A stretch of 63,413 nucleotides of DNA, counting the filler, from Octopus bimaculoides (taxonomy: Eukaryota), in NCBI RefSeq assembly GCF_001194135.2. It is 5 parts of 5 records of this genome, joined end to end, with 100 filler letters (N's around TTAATTAATTAA, not from the genome) between each part and the next. Parts side by side here need not be neighbours in the genome. Positions count along the whole stretch, not along the records: positions 37,872 to 58,598 come from NC_068997.1; 4 more parts are not named here. The stretch is one strand, 5' to 3'. Position numbers and translations under genes: made by a program. Below, in pieces: positions 41,337-54,611 of this stretch (position 1 is its first letter; each line of letters begins with the position of its first letter). A model generated the notes under the pieces. That model was not told the DNA's origin. It was given only the letters and a program-made list of their open reading frames with translations, and searched no databases.

Positions 41337-43848
41337 AGACTATCTTATATACATGCATACATACATATAACATATAATACATACACATAAATGCTTGCAA
41401 ACATACATACATTCACACACATACACATTGTGAATGCGTGTGTTTGAAGGTGTGCTTATGTGATACTTTGTGTGCATGTGTATATATATATAAACACATG
41501 CACACATATGTGTATATATGAATATATATATATGAATATATGAATATATATATATATGAATATATGAATATATATATANNNNNNNNNNNNNNNNNNNNNN
41601 NNNNNNNNNNNNNNNNNNNNNNNNNNNNNNNNNNNNNNNNNNNNNNNNNNNNNNNNNNNNNNNNNNNNNNNNNNNNNNNNNNNNGTTTGAAGGTGTGCTT
41701 ATGTGATACTTTGTGTGCATGTGTATATATATATAAACACATGCACACATATGTGTATATATGAATATATATATATGAATATATGAGAATTAAAATAGTG
41801 ATGTATCTGTCATATTTAATGTATATACACCATTCTCAGGCATGATTTGTGGTTTTTGCCTAAGAGAAAATCTCTTCCTAGTAAAAAACTCCAACATAAA
41901 TCAGACCGAGACGAACATAAATTGAACAGTGACACACGAGAGCTTCAGACGTGTTTTCTCTGCTAGAATATCACTTTAAGAATTCATACTCCTTCTTCTG
42001 AAGAATTATATTTGAAAAAATTAATTTAAAATCTAAATCTCTTACAAACTATTTTATACTTTAAGCGATTGTTAAACAAGTACGTGTACAGTTGAATAAT
42101 GTTTTTGCTTTACTAAACAGTAAAAGCATAAAATTCCACTGTGAGTATTACAGAGTGTATAATTTGTCAATAATGACGTAAGCGAATTAGTTAAATTTCG
42201 ATGCTTTTACCATGGGATAACGGGCAAATTGATTTGTTGCCTAATCTGCGGAATCATTTACGAGTAGAATAAAAGGCAAAGGCATTAATGTGTCAACAGT
42301 CATTACCGAGATTAAAGAGAAGATGTTTTGATAATTGTTAAAGGTTTAAAATGAGAATTTTGTGACGTTGTTTGTTATACTGATTAAATCACATCGACCT
42401 AGGTTCGGCTCCCAATCGCATCTCATAGTTTAATTGACTTTCTTTATGGAAGGGACTGTTCAATGTCCATTACCATTTGATTTATTACTTTTGACTTTTA
42501 CATTAGTTTTGTTTCTTGCACAAAGGTACTCAAACACCTGCATATTTTATCGACCTAGTTTTAAAAATTACTACTAATATGACTATAAAATATGAAAGGA
42601 AACGTATTAGGTATTTTATTTAGAAAATAGAGATCAACTAAACTTAGAAGTGTCTGCATGAGTCTCTTGTAATATGTAGCTAATACATTTATGCTTGCAT
42701 AAAGTGAATGGGAAGATATATTTATAGACTAAATGAATTAGTCAAGTAACACAAGTAACATAAACTAAAGTGTGTAATACTTTCAGAGTCATGTGTACAT
42801 ACAATGACATGTTCTGCATATATGAATTCAAGATCATTTATGATGGAGTTGGCAATTTAACAAATTCAATGATTTATAATGTTTTGAAATGAGCCGGATA
42901 CAAATTTGTTACAAAGGAAGTGTGCAACTTTATATGAATATTCAATTACGAACACACAAGTGCAGAAGGTTATAGAAGAGAAACTTTCTTTGTGAAATTA
43001 GCTGAATTTGATTGGAAATTACTTTAACGAGTATCGAGCACAATACTTTGAAAGAAGTTTGAAAATGTAAGAGTTAAGGAAAGTATTATTATTTTCAAAC
43101 GACTAATTTGACCTTATAATTCAGTAAACTTTTAAACGGCAAGACACGTATGCTAATGATAACAGTTATACAATGCTGGTACATTTCCTGCACAAAAATC
43201 ACTTTTGCTTAAATGCTGATACTTTGGTTATTGACAGTATATAAAATTCTCACACTTTGAGTGTATCGACGAATCTCATTTCTTCTAAGATGAATGCTTT
43301 TGTTTCTAAATGGAATCAAAGTAAAAGAATAAATTAGGTATTCAAATGCTAGCTAATTGAAAATTTTGAGAATATTGCAAATAAATAATAATGAGGAAGA
43401 ACAGAGGAATAACAAATGAAAATTTCCAATTATTTCGAGACTTGTCTTAAGATTATACATTGGGAGTTCTATAGCAAATACCATTGTCTTTACTACAGAG
43501 ACGTTATCAAATCAATTAATGGCTGTCAACCAGACTACCACTAATAACATCATCAATGAAAAAGATTTAACATAGTGATATAATCTGCTCTATGAAGCAT
43601 GTGAGGCATATACAACCAAATTTCTAATAGTAATTGTAAAAAAAAAAATTAAACTTACGTATAATATTCTGTTGTATCTGAGGTGGTTTCTTATGCTAAA
43701 ACTAGACAAGACCGAAATAAGGACAAAAAGAATAACATGCTAAATATCTGAATTGCTTTTCGACAGGTTCGTACCGTCAGAAAATGTCTAACGTAGCATC
43801 TTTTGGATCTAAAGTTGTAATAGAACATTTTAAATATTTTGCTAATGT

Positions 43849-43849
<1 letters not shown>

Positions 43850-43913
<64 letters not shown>

Positions 43914-43945
43914 TACACACATACACACACACAAACACACACACA
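43850..43945. repeat. (CA)n microsatellite
   Basis: Read directly from the sequence. Confidence 0.95.
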
Positions 43946-45487
43946 TGTCTATGTATACAAATATACATATGTATATGTATATGCACACGCCCATACAGCC
44001 CCACATACATCCCACACATACACCTCCCACATCCCCACACAAACATACACATATATTAAGTAGTAGAAAAAAACAACACTAAATTATATATTTATAAGAC
44101 GATGCCATCTGTCCACATTATAAATTTAAATTCTTGAAATATTTTATTTACATACATTGAAAGCTATAAAAGTTTATTCGATGATAATAAAACTAATTAC
44201 TTTTCCTGAAACAAGAATATTATATCTGTAGCATATTTGTCCATAAACCTTCTAAATCAGAGGCTGATATATGGAAAAAAACAGAACACCACCTTATCTA
44301 ATGTAGAAGTACAGTAATCAGTAATATTTACTAATAAAGCAGAATTAAAATTAAACTGAATATAATATTGAGTCGAAGGAATAATTCCAAGCCTACAGAT
44401 AGTAGACAATTTCCAGTATGAGAATACGTCTATATATGCACAGAAACATATAAATATACAAAGGCATGCACTCACATACTCAAGCATACATGTACACACA
44501 GACACAGACACACACACACACACACACAAACAGATACACACAAATACACACACACACGCACAGATACACACAAATACACACACACAAAAATACATTTTTC
44601 TTTTCAATTTCATTATATTATCATTTTCCAGAGTTCCTTTCTCCAAATACAAATAAAACTAATTAATGGTGTACTCTATCATTAAACGTAGTGACGCTCT
44701 GATTTCTATACTCTTTCTAAGTCTTAGTTAGCTCTCATTGGCTACACCAAAGACGTAAGCCGCAAAAAAAACAAAAAAACAATTGGCATGAACTTCCATT
44801 TTAACATCATTTATATATAATAGAATTTAATTTAATATACTTGAACATGTGGATGAAAATGAATTATTCGACTAGTTTAAATTTTGAATCTAGGCAGGTG
44901 GGTTCATTAAAGGAAAAACTAAAATTTTAATGTAATTTGAAGTTTTTCAAAGTTTCAAATTTTTAATTCCTTCGTAGGGTGTGCTGTCTGCAGGTTTAAT
45001 TTATTTGCAGCTATTTTCACTTTTAGAAGTAGGATATTATTGTTCCATTAAAAAAAATTGCTTTGGTGTTAAAAGTTGGTGAAATTGCTTTACGGAAGTT
45101 TAATATCAACGCAGAATGTTACAATTGATAAAATAACTTAAATGATAAAATAACCTAAATGGCACGTACAACAACAGCTATGATATTCGCGGTCGAACCT
45201 ATCGGATCTTATGAAGAAAATATATGCAAATTATCGATTCGAATATTGCTGTTTCCCATACTTATTACGATTTATATACACCCCGCACACACGCATGTCT
45301 GTGCACGCGTACAGACACATACACATATATGCATGCATGGACTAAGTAATGAGTAAAGGATGGCGAACTGACGTTGGTGAAGACATTGGTATGACTTTGA
45401 ATTTCTATAATGATTCATAATAATGATCTTTATACTTCATAATTCCACCTCAAACCATCTAATTGTACTACGCCATATACCCGCCCA

Positions 45488-45730
45488 CGGGTATATGGCG
45501 TAGTGATTAAGAGCGCTGGCTACTAACTCCAAGATTCCAAGTTCGATTCCAGGCAGTGACCTGAATAATAATAATAATAATAATAATAACATCGAAAATA
45601 CCTTGGGAATGAAATCTCAGGTTCAAAATTTCCCCAAGACACCTGATGACAGCTGGAGGGTATATGAACCGAAACGTTGTGTTAACAACAGCCAAGATGA
45701 GGACAAATATCGTCAATTGTAAATAATGTA
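45488..45730 (+). mobile_element. tRNA-derived SINE with internal (AAT)n and a tail containing a hammerhead-like core
   Basis: A-box-like TGGCGTAGTGA (45496-45506), B-box GTTCGATTCC (45541-45550), CTACTAA anticodon-type loop, (AAT)n at 45564-45589, then GACAC-CTGATGA...GAAAC-GTT-GTGTT at 45638-45683. Confidence 0.75.
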
Positions 45731-47221
45731 TTTAATATTTCATTTGTTCAATAAGAATACACAATTAATACTTCATTTTCGGTTGTAAATTTCATTGATT
45801 TTTTAAAGTACATTATGTTAAATAAGTAGATAAAATAGCATATTACAACCTCAGAAGTTTACAACTTACTCCAGCAGTCGTATTTATTATAGAAACTCTT
45901 TTTTTGTTTCAGTTTAACTGCGGATTATTCTCCTCGAATTAAATGGGTTTAGGATAAAATGCTTTATAGCCGGAGCCTTCAAATTTGTTTGATTTTAGCG
46001 TATCCAAAACTATACTATATCAAATATCGTACCTTTGTTGTGCTTTTACACAAAAAGTGGTTTAAAGTATATGTGTTCCATTTATTCAAATGTCTCTTCA
46101 TTTCGTGGATTATTTTGTAGAAAATTCATTCAAATATAAAATCTATGGTCGTTAATATTTTAAATACAAATTAGGAATATACCATCTCCTTTTGAGATAA
46201 TTTACGACGGATGGATGTCAAGAAAGGCAAATTAGTGCCATCGTAATTATATGTATGACAATTTTAAATGAAGTTAAGAATCCCAAATAGACATTTATGT
46301 AAGTGTGCAATGTATATGGGATATAGTTTATCAACTCCATGACCATGATGAGAAAATTGCTGCAGTATACGTGCAGGTTTTCTATAAATAGTGCTTCTTG
46401 GCAGGAGTATGTTTTCGATAAAAACATAATTTTCGTTTCGAGAGTAACTATCAACTATTTTCCTCCTAAATGTCAATCACTGAAAGCAATTATATATATA
46501 GTTTCCTATGAACGTCATAATTCGAGAAAAGTTTGACTACAAAACAAGTGGAAATTTGGTATGTTACCAGACAAATTTCAATGTAGCATTCCTTCTCTGA
46601 TTTATTAAAAGAATCGGCGATCCATATTCATTGAACAACATCTCTGTTTCAAGTGTGCACTCCGACATTCTCTTCCAACCTCTCTCTCTCACACTCCATA
46701 GAAGCAGATGTATCCATATTGACAGCATTCCAAATTTTCGTTAAGTCAAAGGTACAATTTTCACACTCTCACATGTCTACTTCCACGACAAATCTGTATG
46801 CAGTACATTGCATCGAACATGACGCTGCTATAAAGAGGCAGTTAACGCTACAATTAAAATTGTATTCATAATTAGCAACGTTTGAAGAAACATTTTCAAC
46901 TATTAAATCCCGAGAAAACTTAATGCTTTATGAAAGGGAGTATTTTACTTGAAACAGGCAGACTTTATAAATCAATGATAAACTATAAAGCATTAATGAT
47001 TAAAACAAGACTCAAAAAGGTTTTTAAAATGAGTCACCTTTGAGATAATTTCTGTATATGAGAACTTAATGCAATCTCTATATGATAAGCATGTTGCACC
47101 ATAATATATAAATCTTGAAAATTCAGAGAATTTTGCTTTGTAGACATTTTCATGTTTCGATAGAAATTTAGTATTTGTTTTACATTTGTATTATATTCTC
47201 TTATTCTGTTATTCTTTTATT

Positions 47222-47556
47222 TGTTTCAGTCATCTGACTGTGGCCATGCTGGAGTACTGCTTTTAGTCGAACAAATCGCTCCCCCCGACTTATTCTTCCT
47301 AAGACAAGTACATATTCTATCGGTCGCTTTTGCCGAAGCGCTAAGTTATACACCATCATCAGTTGTCAAGCCATGGTGACACACACACAACCATATATAT
47401 TTTACGATGGGCTTCTTTAAGTACAAAATCCACTCACAATGCTTTGGTCGGCTCGAGACTATAGTAGAAAACACTTGCTCAAGGTATCACGCAATGGGAC
47501 TGAACCCGGGACCAGGTTGGTAACCAAGATACTCACCGCACAGCCACTCCTCCGCC
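47222..47556 (-). mobile_element. SINE family 1, full-length copy
   Basis: Reverse complement matches head, body and tail of 23930-24295. Confidence 0.85.
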
Positions 47557-48236
47557 TGTTAAAATGTTTCAGTTAGCTCAAATACAATTTATTCAGTAAA
47601 TTAAGGTTAGTATTTTCTTAAAAATACTAATGGATTTCATGTGACATGGCGAAGGAAAAACAAAATGTCTGCCCTTGTTCGCTATATTTATTTAAACTTT
47701 TATTCATCATTCAGTTATTTTCTTGTAAATATTTCTCAAGTTTAGAAAGGCTTTTAGTGAATCAATATATTGCACATTCTATTCTATTGTGTTAATATTT
47801 TTTTATCAATGCATCGACAGTAAGAACGTTTATGCACATACATAAATATATATATATATATATATANNNNNNNNNNNNNNNNNNNNNNNNNNNNNNNNNN
47901 NNNNNNNNNNNNNNNNNNNNNNNNNNNNNNNNNNNNNNNNNNNNNNNNNNNNNNNNNNNNNNNNNNNNNNNNNNNNNNNNNNNNNNNNNNNNNNNNNNNN
48001 NNNNNNNNNNNNNNNNNNNNNNNNNNNNNNNNNNNNNNNNNNNNNNNNNNNNNNNNNNNNNNNNNNNNNNNNNNNNNNNNNNNNNNNNNNNNNNNNNNNN
48101 NNNNNNNNNNNNNNNNNNNNNNNNNNNNNNNNNNNNNNNNNNNNNNNNNNNNNNNNNNNNNNNNNNNNNNNNNNNNNNNNNNNNNNNNNNNNNNNNNNNN
48201 NNNNNNATGTATATGTAAATATACATATAGATTTAA

Positions 48237-48282
<46 letters not shown>

Positions 48283-48766
48283 CAAGCGTGTGTGCACGTG
48301 TATGCTTCTCTATAATGTTTGTTCGACTATGAATCTCTGTGTGTGTGCGTTACATATATATATCGTATACGAGGGTTTGTAATTCTTAGCTTGCCTCCTA
48401 TTAGATGAGTTTAAATCTCGATGTATTCAAATACTTATGAAAACCCGACTATTTCTCATTAAAATCTTAGAGTATTTGATAATTAATTTCCAATTAAATT
48501 TCCCTTTTAGTTCTTTCAATTCAATTCTAAAATGTTCTTGAATTTGAAGCGGTGCAAAAAAGAAAAAATAAGCTATAATAATATTATTTATAGATACATT
48601 TCAATGTAGCTTCGCACTCACTTTAACAAATCATTGTTACATAAATGTGGAAAACAAAACAGAAAAATATAATACACATCATACGCACATTTATACATAC
48701 ATGAAGACATGCGTACATGCGTACACATACAAACATAACCGCATGCACGCACATACACACACACAT

Positions 48767-48917
48767 AGGCTGTGTGGTAAGAAACTTCCTTCCAACCAAA
48801 CGGTTTTAGGTTCAGTGTGACCGCGTAGCGCGTTTGGTAAGTGTCTTCTACCACAACCTCAGACAGAGCAAACAATTCTGTGAGGGCTTGACGGGCAGAA
48901 ACTGAAAGAAGCCCGAC

Positions 48918-48920
<3 letters not shown>
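48767..48920 (+). mobile_element. SINE family 1, 5' half
   Basis: GGCTGTGTGGTAAG...GGTTCAGTG...GAAACTGAAAGAAGCCCGACG followed by (TA)n. Confidence 0.8.
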
Positions 48921-48953
<33 letters not shown>

Positions 48954-49058
48954 CAAACATTAATTGAAAACAGAACAAAAAGATATCGTAGTACACGTGT
49001 TTCTAGCTTTATAAACAATCTGTTATTACATCAATATAGGTATATTATTGATGTTAAA

Positions 49059-49232
49059 ATGGTGTAAAGCTCTCCTCAGCCGCAAACATTGCTAGTTCAA
49101 AGATTATACAGATATACCTTTTTAAAGGGATGTGATAAACCTATTATAATGGGTAATGCTAAGTGTACTGTTTTCTTTGTGATGTAAATTTTGGACTAGC
49201 AATGTTTGCAGCTGAAGATAGCTTTAAACCAT
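49059..49232. repeat. MITE-like inverted repeat, ~43-bp arms
   Basis: ATGGTGTAAAGCTCTCCTCAGCCGCAAACATTGCTAGTTCAAA pairs with TTTGGACTAGCAATGTTTGCAGCTGAAGATAGCTTTAAACCAT, about 5 mismatches. Confidence 0.8.
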
Positions 49233-49413
49233 CTTTTATATGAATAATATTCCAATACTGATGTAACAACAGATTGTTTATAAAGCTTGAAACGCGTGTA
49301 CCACGATATCCTTTGTATTCTGTTTTCAATTTATGTTATATTCTCTCACCTCTGCCACTATCTAGTATATACGGGCGCTTACACTTATCAAGTATTACCT
49401 CTAAACCTACAGT

Positions 49414-49473
<60 letters not shown>

Positions 49474-50190
49474 GTTGTGTATGTGTGTGCGTGTGTGTAT
49501 ATACATATATATATGTATATATATATATACATATATATATGTATATATATAAACATATATTTATATAAGTATATATATGTATACACACATATGCAAATAG
49601 ATATATACGTTTCTGTTATGCATGCGCACATATGTACACATTCATATAAACATCCACATGAACGCGCGTGTAAGCACGCGCACCCACCTGCATCGAAATG
49701 CTTGTTAGCTGAAAGCAGAATGTTATTTGAAGCATTAATAGTGAGTTTTGATTTTCCTATGTAACATTTACGTCACATAATAAACCTGTCATGCGACGTA
49801 GACACGAACATTCTCAACCGCACGAGGCAGACATTTAATGGTAATGTTGAACAACTCACAGCCGTTTACTCACAGAAAAAAAAAATGATACACTAGAAAT
49901 ATATTTTGAATATACAAACGTACACGCAGAAGCACAAACACACACATACACTCACAAACACACGCACATACACACAGAGAGACATACACACATCAAAACA
50001 CGCACACAAGGAAACGCACGCACACACACAGACATACACACTCAAACACGCACATACAGACATAGAGACACACAGACACACACATATTTCGAAATATATT
50101 CAATACGCCATAAGAGCACATATATAAAAGTATATATATGCGTACCTCCACACATACATTCATATACATGTCTGTGATGTGTGCGTGAAG

Positions 50191-50248
<58 letters not shown>

Positions 50249-51887
50249 GAATATATGATAGAATTTGTGTGTGTTTGTGCTTATGTGTGCGTGTGTGTCC
50301 GTTGACAATGTAAGTATCTCTTATACAAATGCGCAATATCCACTCCTAGATCGCTCCTATAGTCCACTACTATATCGCTCTCTTTTTCTCACACACATTC
50401 AAAATATCTCTCACTCAAGTGAAGCAGATATATTCATAATGCCAACATTTCAAATTTTCGTTAAGTCAAAGGTAAAACTTCCCACATTCTCGCATATCCC
50501 AGACACTCACAGACTAATCTATATGCAATACATGGCAACCAGCAAACTTAGACAGTGATGTACTGAACGATCACTTGAGAATAAGAAATATAAGAATTGA
50601 CAGTTATTTCAATATTAAGCAAGCTTAGATTTGATTTAATATTTGTTTCAGTTACTGTATTTTAAAATTTACTTCATACAATGTATACATGTGTGTATTC
50701 GTGTGTGTGCTTATATGTATATATANNNNNNNNNNNNNNNNNNNNNNNNNNNNNNNNNNNNNNNNNNNNNNNNNNNNNNNNNNNNNNNNNNNNNNNNNNN
50801 NNNNNNNNNNNNNNNNNNNNNNNNNNNNNNNNNNNNNNNNNNNNNNNNNNNNNNNNNNNNNNNNNNNNNNNNNNNNNNNNNNNNNNNNNNNNNNNNNNNN
50901 NNNNNNNNNNNNNNNNNNNNNNNNNNNNNNNNNNNNNNNNNNNNNNNNNNNNNNNNNNNNNNNNNNNNNNNNNNNNNNNNNNNNNNNNNNNNNNNNNNNN
51001 NNNNNNNNNNNNNNNNNNNNNNNNNNNNNNNNNNNNNNNNNNNNNNNNNNNNNNNNNNNNNNNNNNNNNNNNNNNNNNNNNNNNNNNNNNNNNNNNNNNN
51101 NNNNNNNNNNNNNNNNNNNNNNNNNNNNNNNNNNNNNNNNNNNNNNNNNNNNNNNNNNNNNNNNNNNNNNNNNNNNNNNNNNNNNNNNNNNNNNNNNNNN
51201 NNNNNNNNNNNNNNNNNNNNNNNNNNNNNNNNNNNNNNNNNNNNNNNNNNNNNNNNNNNNNNNNNNNNNNNNNNNNNNNNNNNNNNNNNNNNNNNNNNNN
51301 NNNNNNNNNNNNNNNNNNNNNNNNNNNNNNNNNNNNNNNNNNNNNNNNNNNNNNNNNNNNNNNNNNNNNNNNNNNNNNNNNNNNNNNNNNNNNNNNNNNN
51401 NNNNNNNNNNNNNNNNNNNNNNNNNNNNNNNNNNNNNNNNNNNNNNNNNNNNNNNNNNNNNNNNNNNNNNNNNNNNNNNNNNNNNNNNNNNNNNNNNNNN
51501 NNNNNNNNNNNNNNNNNNNNNNNNNNNNNNNNNNNNNNNNNNNNNNNNNNNNNNNNNNNNNNNNNNNNNNNNNNNNNNNNNNNNNNNNNNNNNNNNNNNN
51601 NNNNNNNNNNNNNNNNNNNNNNNNNNNNNNNNNNNNNNNNNNNNNNNNNNNNNNNNNNNNNNNNNNNNNNNNNNNNNNTATATATATATATATATATATT
51701 TACAAATATTTATACCTATTACAAAAAGTTACGCTTGTTTCCGAAACCTTCAGCTTTGGGAGGAATGAATGAAGGAATACTGTAGTCCATAGGGAGTCAA
51801 ATATCGGACACAGTTCTGATAATTGCCTGCGGTTGGTTACATCCGTCTTCGGTAATATCCCGAATAGTCTATCATACGCTCAGGGTA

Positions 51888-52071
51888 GGCAAATATGGGG
51901 TAGATGGATTGTCTATTACATTGACCCCAGCTCTCCAATGGTACTCATGTCATTGACGTCGAAGATATGGAAGGCAATATTGACCTCGGCGAAATTTGTA
52001 TACAGAACATAAGACCGGAACAAATGCTACTGAGTATTTTGTCCGGCGTGTTAACGATTCTGTCAGCTTGC
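51888..52071 (+). mobile_element. Repeat family 3 copy
   Basis: ATTGACCCCAG...GACCTCGGCGAAATTTG...GTATTTTGTCCGGCGTGTTAACGATTCTGTCAGC. Confidence 0.75.
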
Positions 52072-54513
52072 AGCATTTTTAACTACTGAACCCACAATCC
52101 CACTATATTTGCAAAAAGTTATGACAAATGTCGGTGAATCACACTTTATCCTTTCGTTTTTATAAGAGCAGCAAAACAAATATATACGGTAAGAAGGGTT
52201 ATGATTGAATTTCATCATAATCACTTCTGATGTCTTGAGTTATATTAAATATCACCTGTACGAAATATTATCTATTCTCTTATGAAATACGATCCATCAA
52301 CCATTTAAAAATGAAAACTGTCTTATTAATAAATCACAGGATGAAAGAATGCAAACTACAATGAGCTAGGACATACATCATTATTAAGAATTGTCATAAT
52401 CTGAATAAATAACGTTTAAATTATTTAAAATTGCTGGATAACTCACATGCCGTTGCTTCACATGTTTCTATTAGTTAACATGAAATCGTATTTTTAGTAT
52501 TGTTATAATAATTGTTTTTAAAGTGGAATTTTAACTTCATAATGCCATAGTTCAACTTCATCTTAGAAAATATCACCAAGCTTGGAATTGTTTGAAACAC
52601 ACAATAATATTCCAATACTCCCATATCAAGCAAGGATGTTTCCCTACATTTAAATAAATGATAAACAATTTCAGCCGTTTTCCGAATGATAAGAGTGCTA
52701 ATCGGATCCGAGAAAATACGAAACGTTGACGCTTCAAGCACACTAATGGAACACCCGGCCAAGAATACATTACATTAAGCTGAAAAAAAAAATAATAATG
52801 TGATGTCAGGTACGCTAGATTACCGTTAAAACAAACGCCACAACTATCATACCATCAACTTGTGATTCTATGAAAAAAATTGTAGAAAGTACTTAGGAAA
52901 ATTGTCTACATGACCATACGACAGTCACGAGATATTTCTATTAATCTGTGATGTCATATATGAAGCGTAAAATATATATTCGCTCACAAATTTGTTACAG
53001 AAACATTTCACATGTTACATTATTCATGTCTGATTTTTATAACATTTTGTATAATGTCGTACCTAATTATCAGTTGTAAATCTCGGCTGTAAACCGAAAG
53101 TCTGTACCGGTACAGCGTGCAGAAATACTAAAGATGATTACATTCTGCTAAATCAATATAAAATTATTTCCAAACAGATTCCTTCACATAATTATAATTC
53201 AGAATGAAACTTGCAGAACAAAAGCGATGTTTTAGTCTTTAATATCAATTCTATTATTGATATGTTATAAATATATATGACAACTTTCACACTAGCAATA
53301 TTACAAAGTTTAGCAGGTTAAAATTTTATGTGCGAACACGTTAACGTATTGTGGTCTGGCTTCCTTCCAGTTATCTGCTCAACAAGTTAGAAATTCCCTA
53401 GACGTCAATAACATTCTGTGTACATTTAATAGCCATCAGTCTGATTCTTGGTATCGATGCGTCTATAAATCATACCATTTTCTATTACGATTGCATGCTG
53501 TAAATTTACATTTCGACTCACTCAAATTTTTATTAAATTTTTATTATAGAAGACGCGTGTTTAATACAAAAATAAATAGTGCAATAGATTGCTATATTCC
53601 TTGGAGGCAAGAAAATAAATTGCAGTACGTGGATTCAGTCATTTACAATGTGAGTTCATATATTCTGTTAGTTAGCACTGCTTTCGTATCTTGGAACCGT
53701 CAATAGAAAATACGTTTTGACATCTGCGATTGATGCAATAATATATATCCTTCTACCAGGAATTCTATCAGGAATTCTGACCGTATTACAAGTTGATATT
53801 TGGGTGTTAATCAAAATTATACGTACACACATACACATATGCACACGAACGCACTCAGAAAAAAAATATATGCATGTATGTGTGTATGCGTGTGTGTGTC
53901 TACTCTAGCGACCCTCTTGTTTACATCACCTGTATGTAGGTAACAAAGTAGGCAGCTCCAGCAACGCCCAGTTCCTGTTGCTTGCAGCTCACCATCACAG
54001 GACTTTGAGGTAGAGAGAAGCTAGAAAGAAACTGAAGTTTGCACAGAGATTTAATTGTGGTAATTCTGGCACTGTGCAGTCCCCAGATAAACACACTTCG
54101 CCCGCAATAGAGAGGTAGATTGCGTGACAGCTGAAGCTCAGAACAGAGCCGCAGTGGAGTGCCATAAGACCAAATTTGTCTGGACTTATATACTCTGTGT
54201 ACAGTATATATAAACCTTCAGCTGTCGTAGGGAAAATATTAGTTTAAGCTGCTGGAGTGAAGATAACTCATCCGTTTGAAAAGCCACATGATACCTGAAA
54301 CCCATGTGCTACTTTGTCAAAGTTCTGACAGTGCTTGCCCATCTAATTAGGAGTATAAGGTGGTTCTTAGACAAGACGTAGTGGCCACTAACGGTGTATC
54401 CCTTGCCAGCAATCCCCTAACTATGTTACACAACTACAGCGCAGTGAGGAGAGGCTGGAATTCCCAAACGTATAGATACGCAAAGGCGTATCTATCTTCC
54501 TGTCTGTCCGTCC

Positions 54514-54549
54514 GTCCGTCCATCCATCCATCCATCCATCCATCCATCC

Positions 54550-54610
<61 letters not shown>
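54514..54610. repeat. (GTCC)n(ATCC)n(ATCT)n microsatellite
   Basis: Read directly from the sequence. Confidence 0.95.

Positions 54611-54611
<1 letters not shown>

Noticed and set aside
45489-45562. Possible tRNA gene
   Set aside because: A/B boxes and an anticodon-like loop are present, but acceptor and T stems do not pair properly and the sequence continues into an (AAT)n and tail; treated as a SINE head.
52680-52730. GAAACGTTG motif like the SINE hammerhead's right half
   Set aside because: No upstream CUGANGA or helix I partner.
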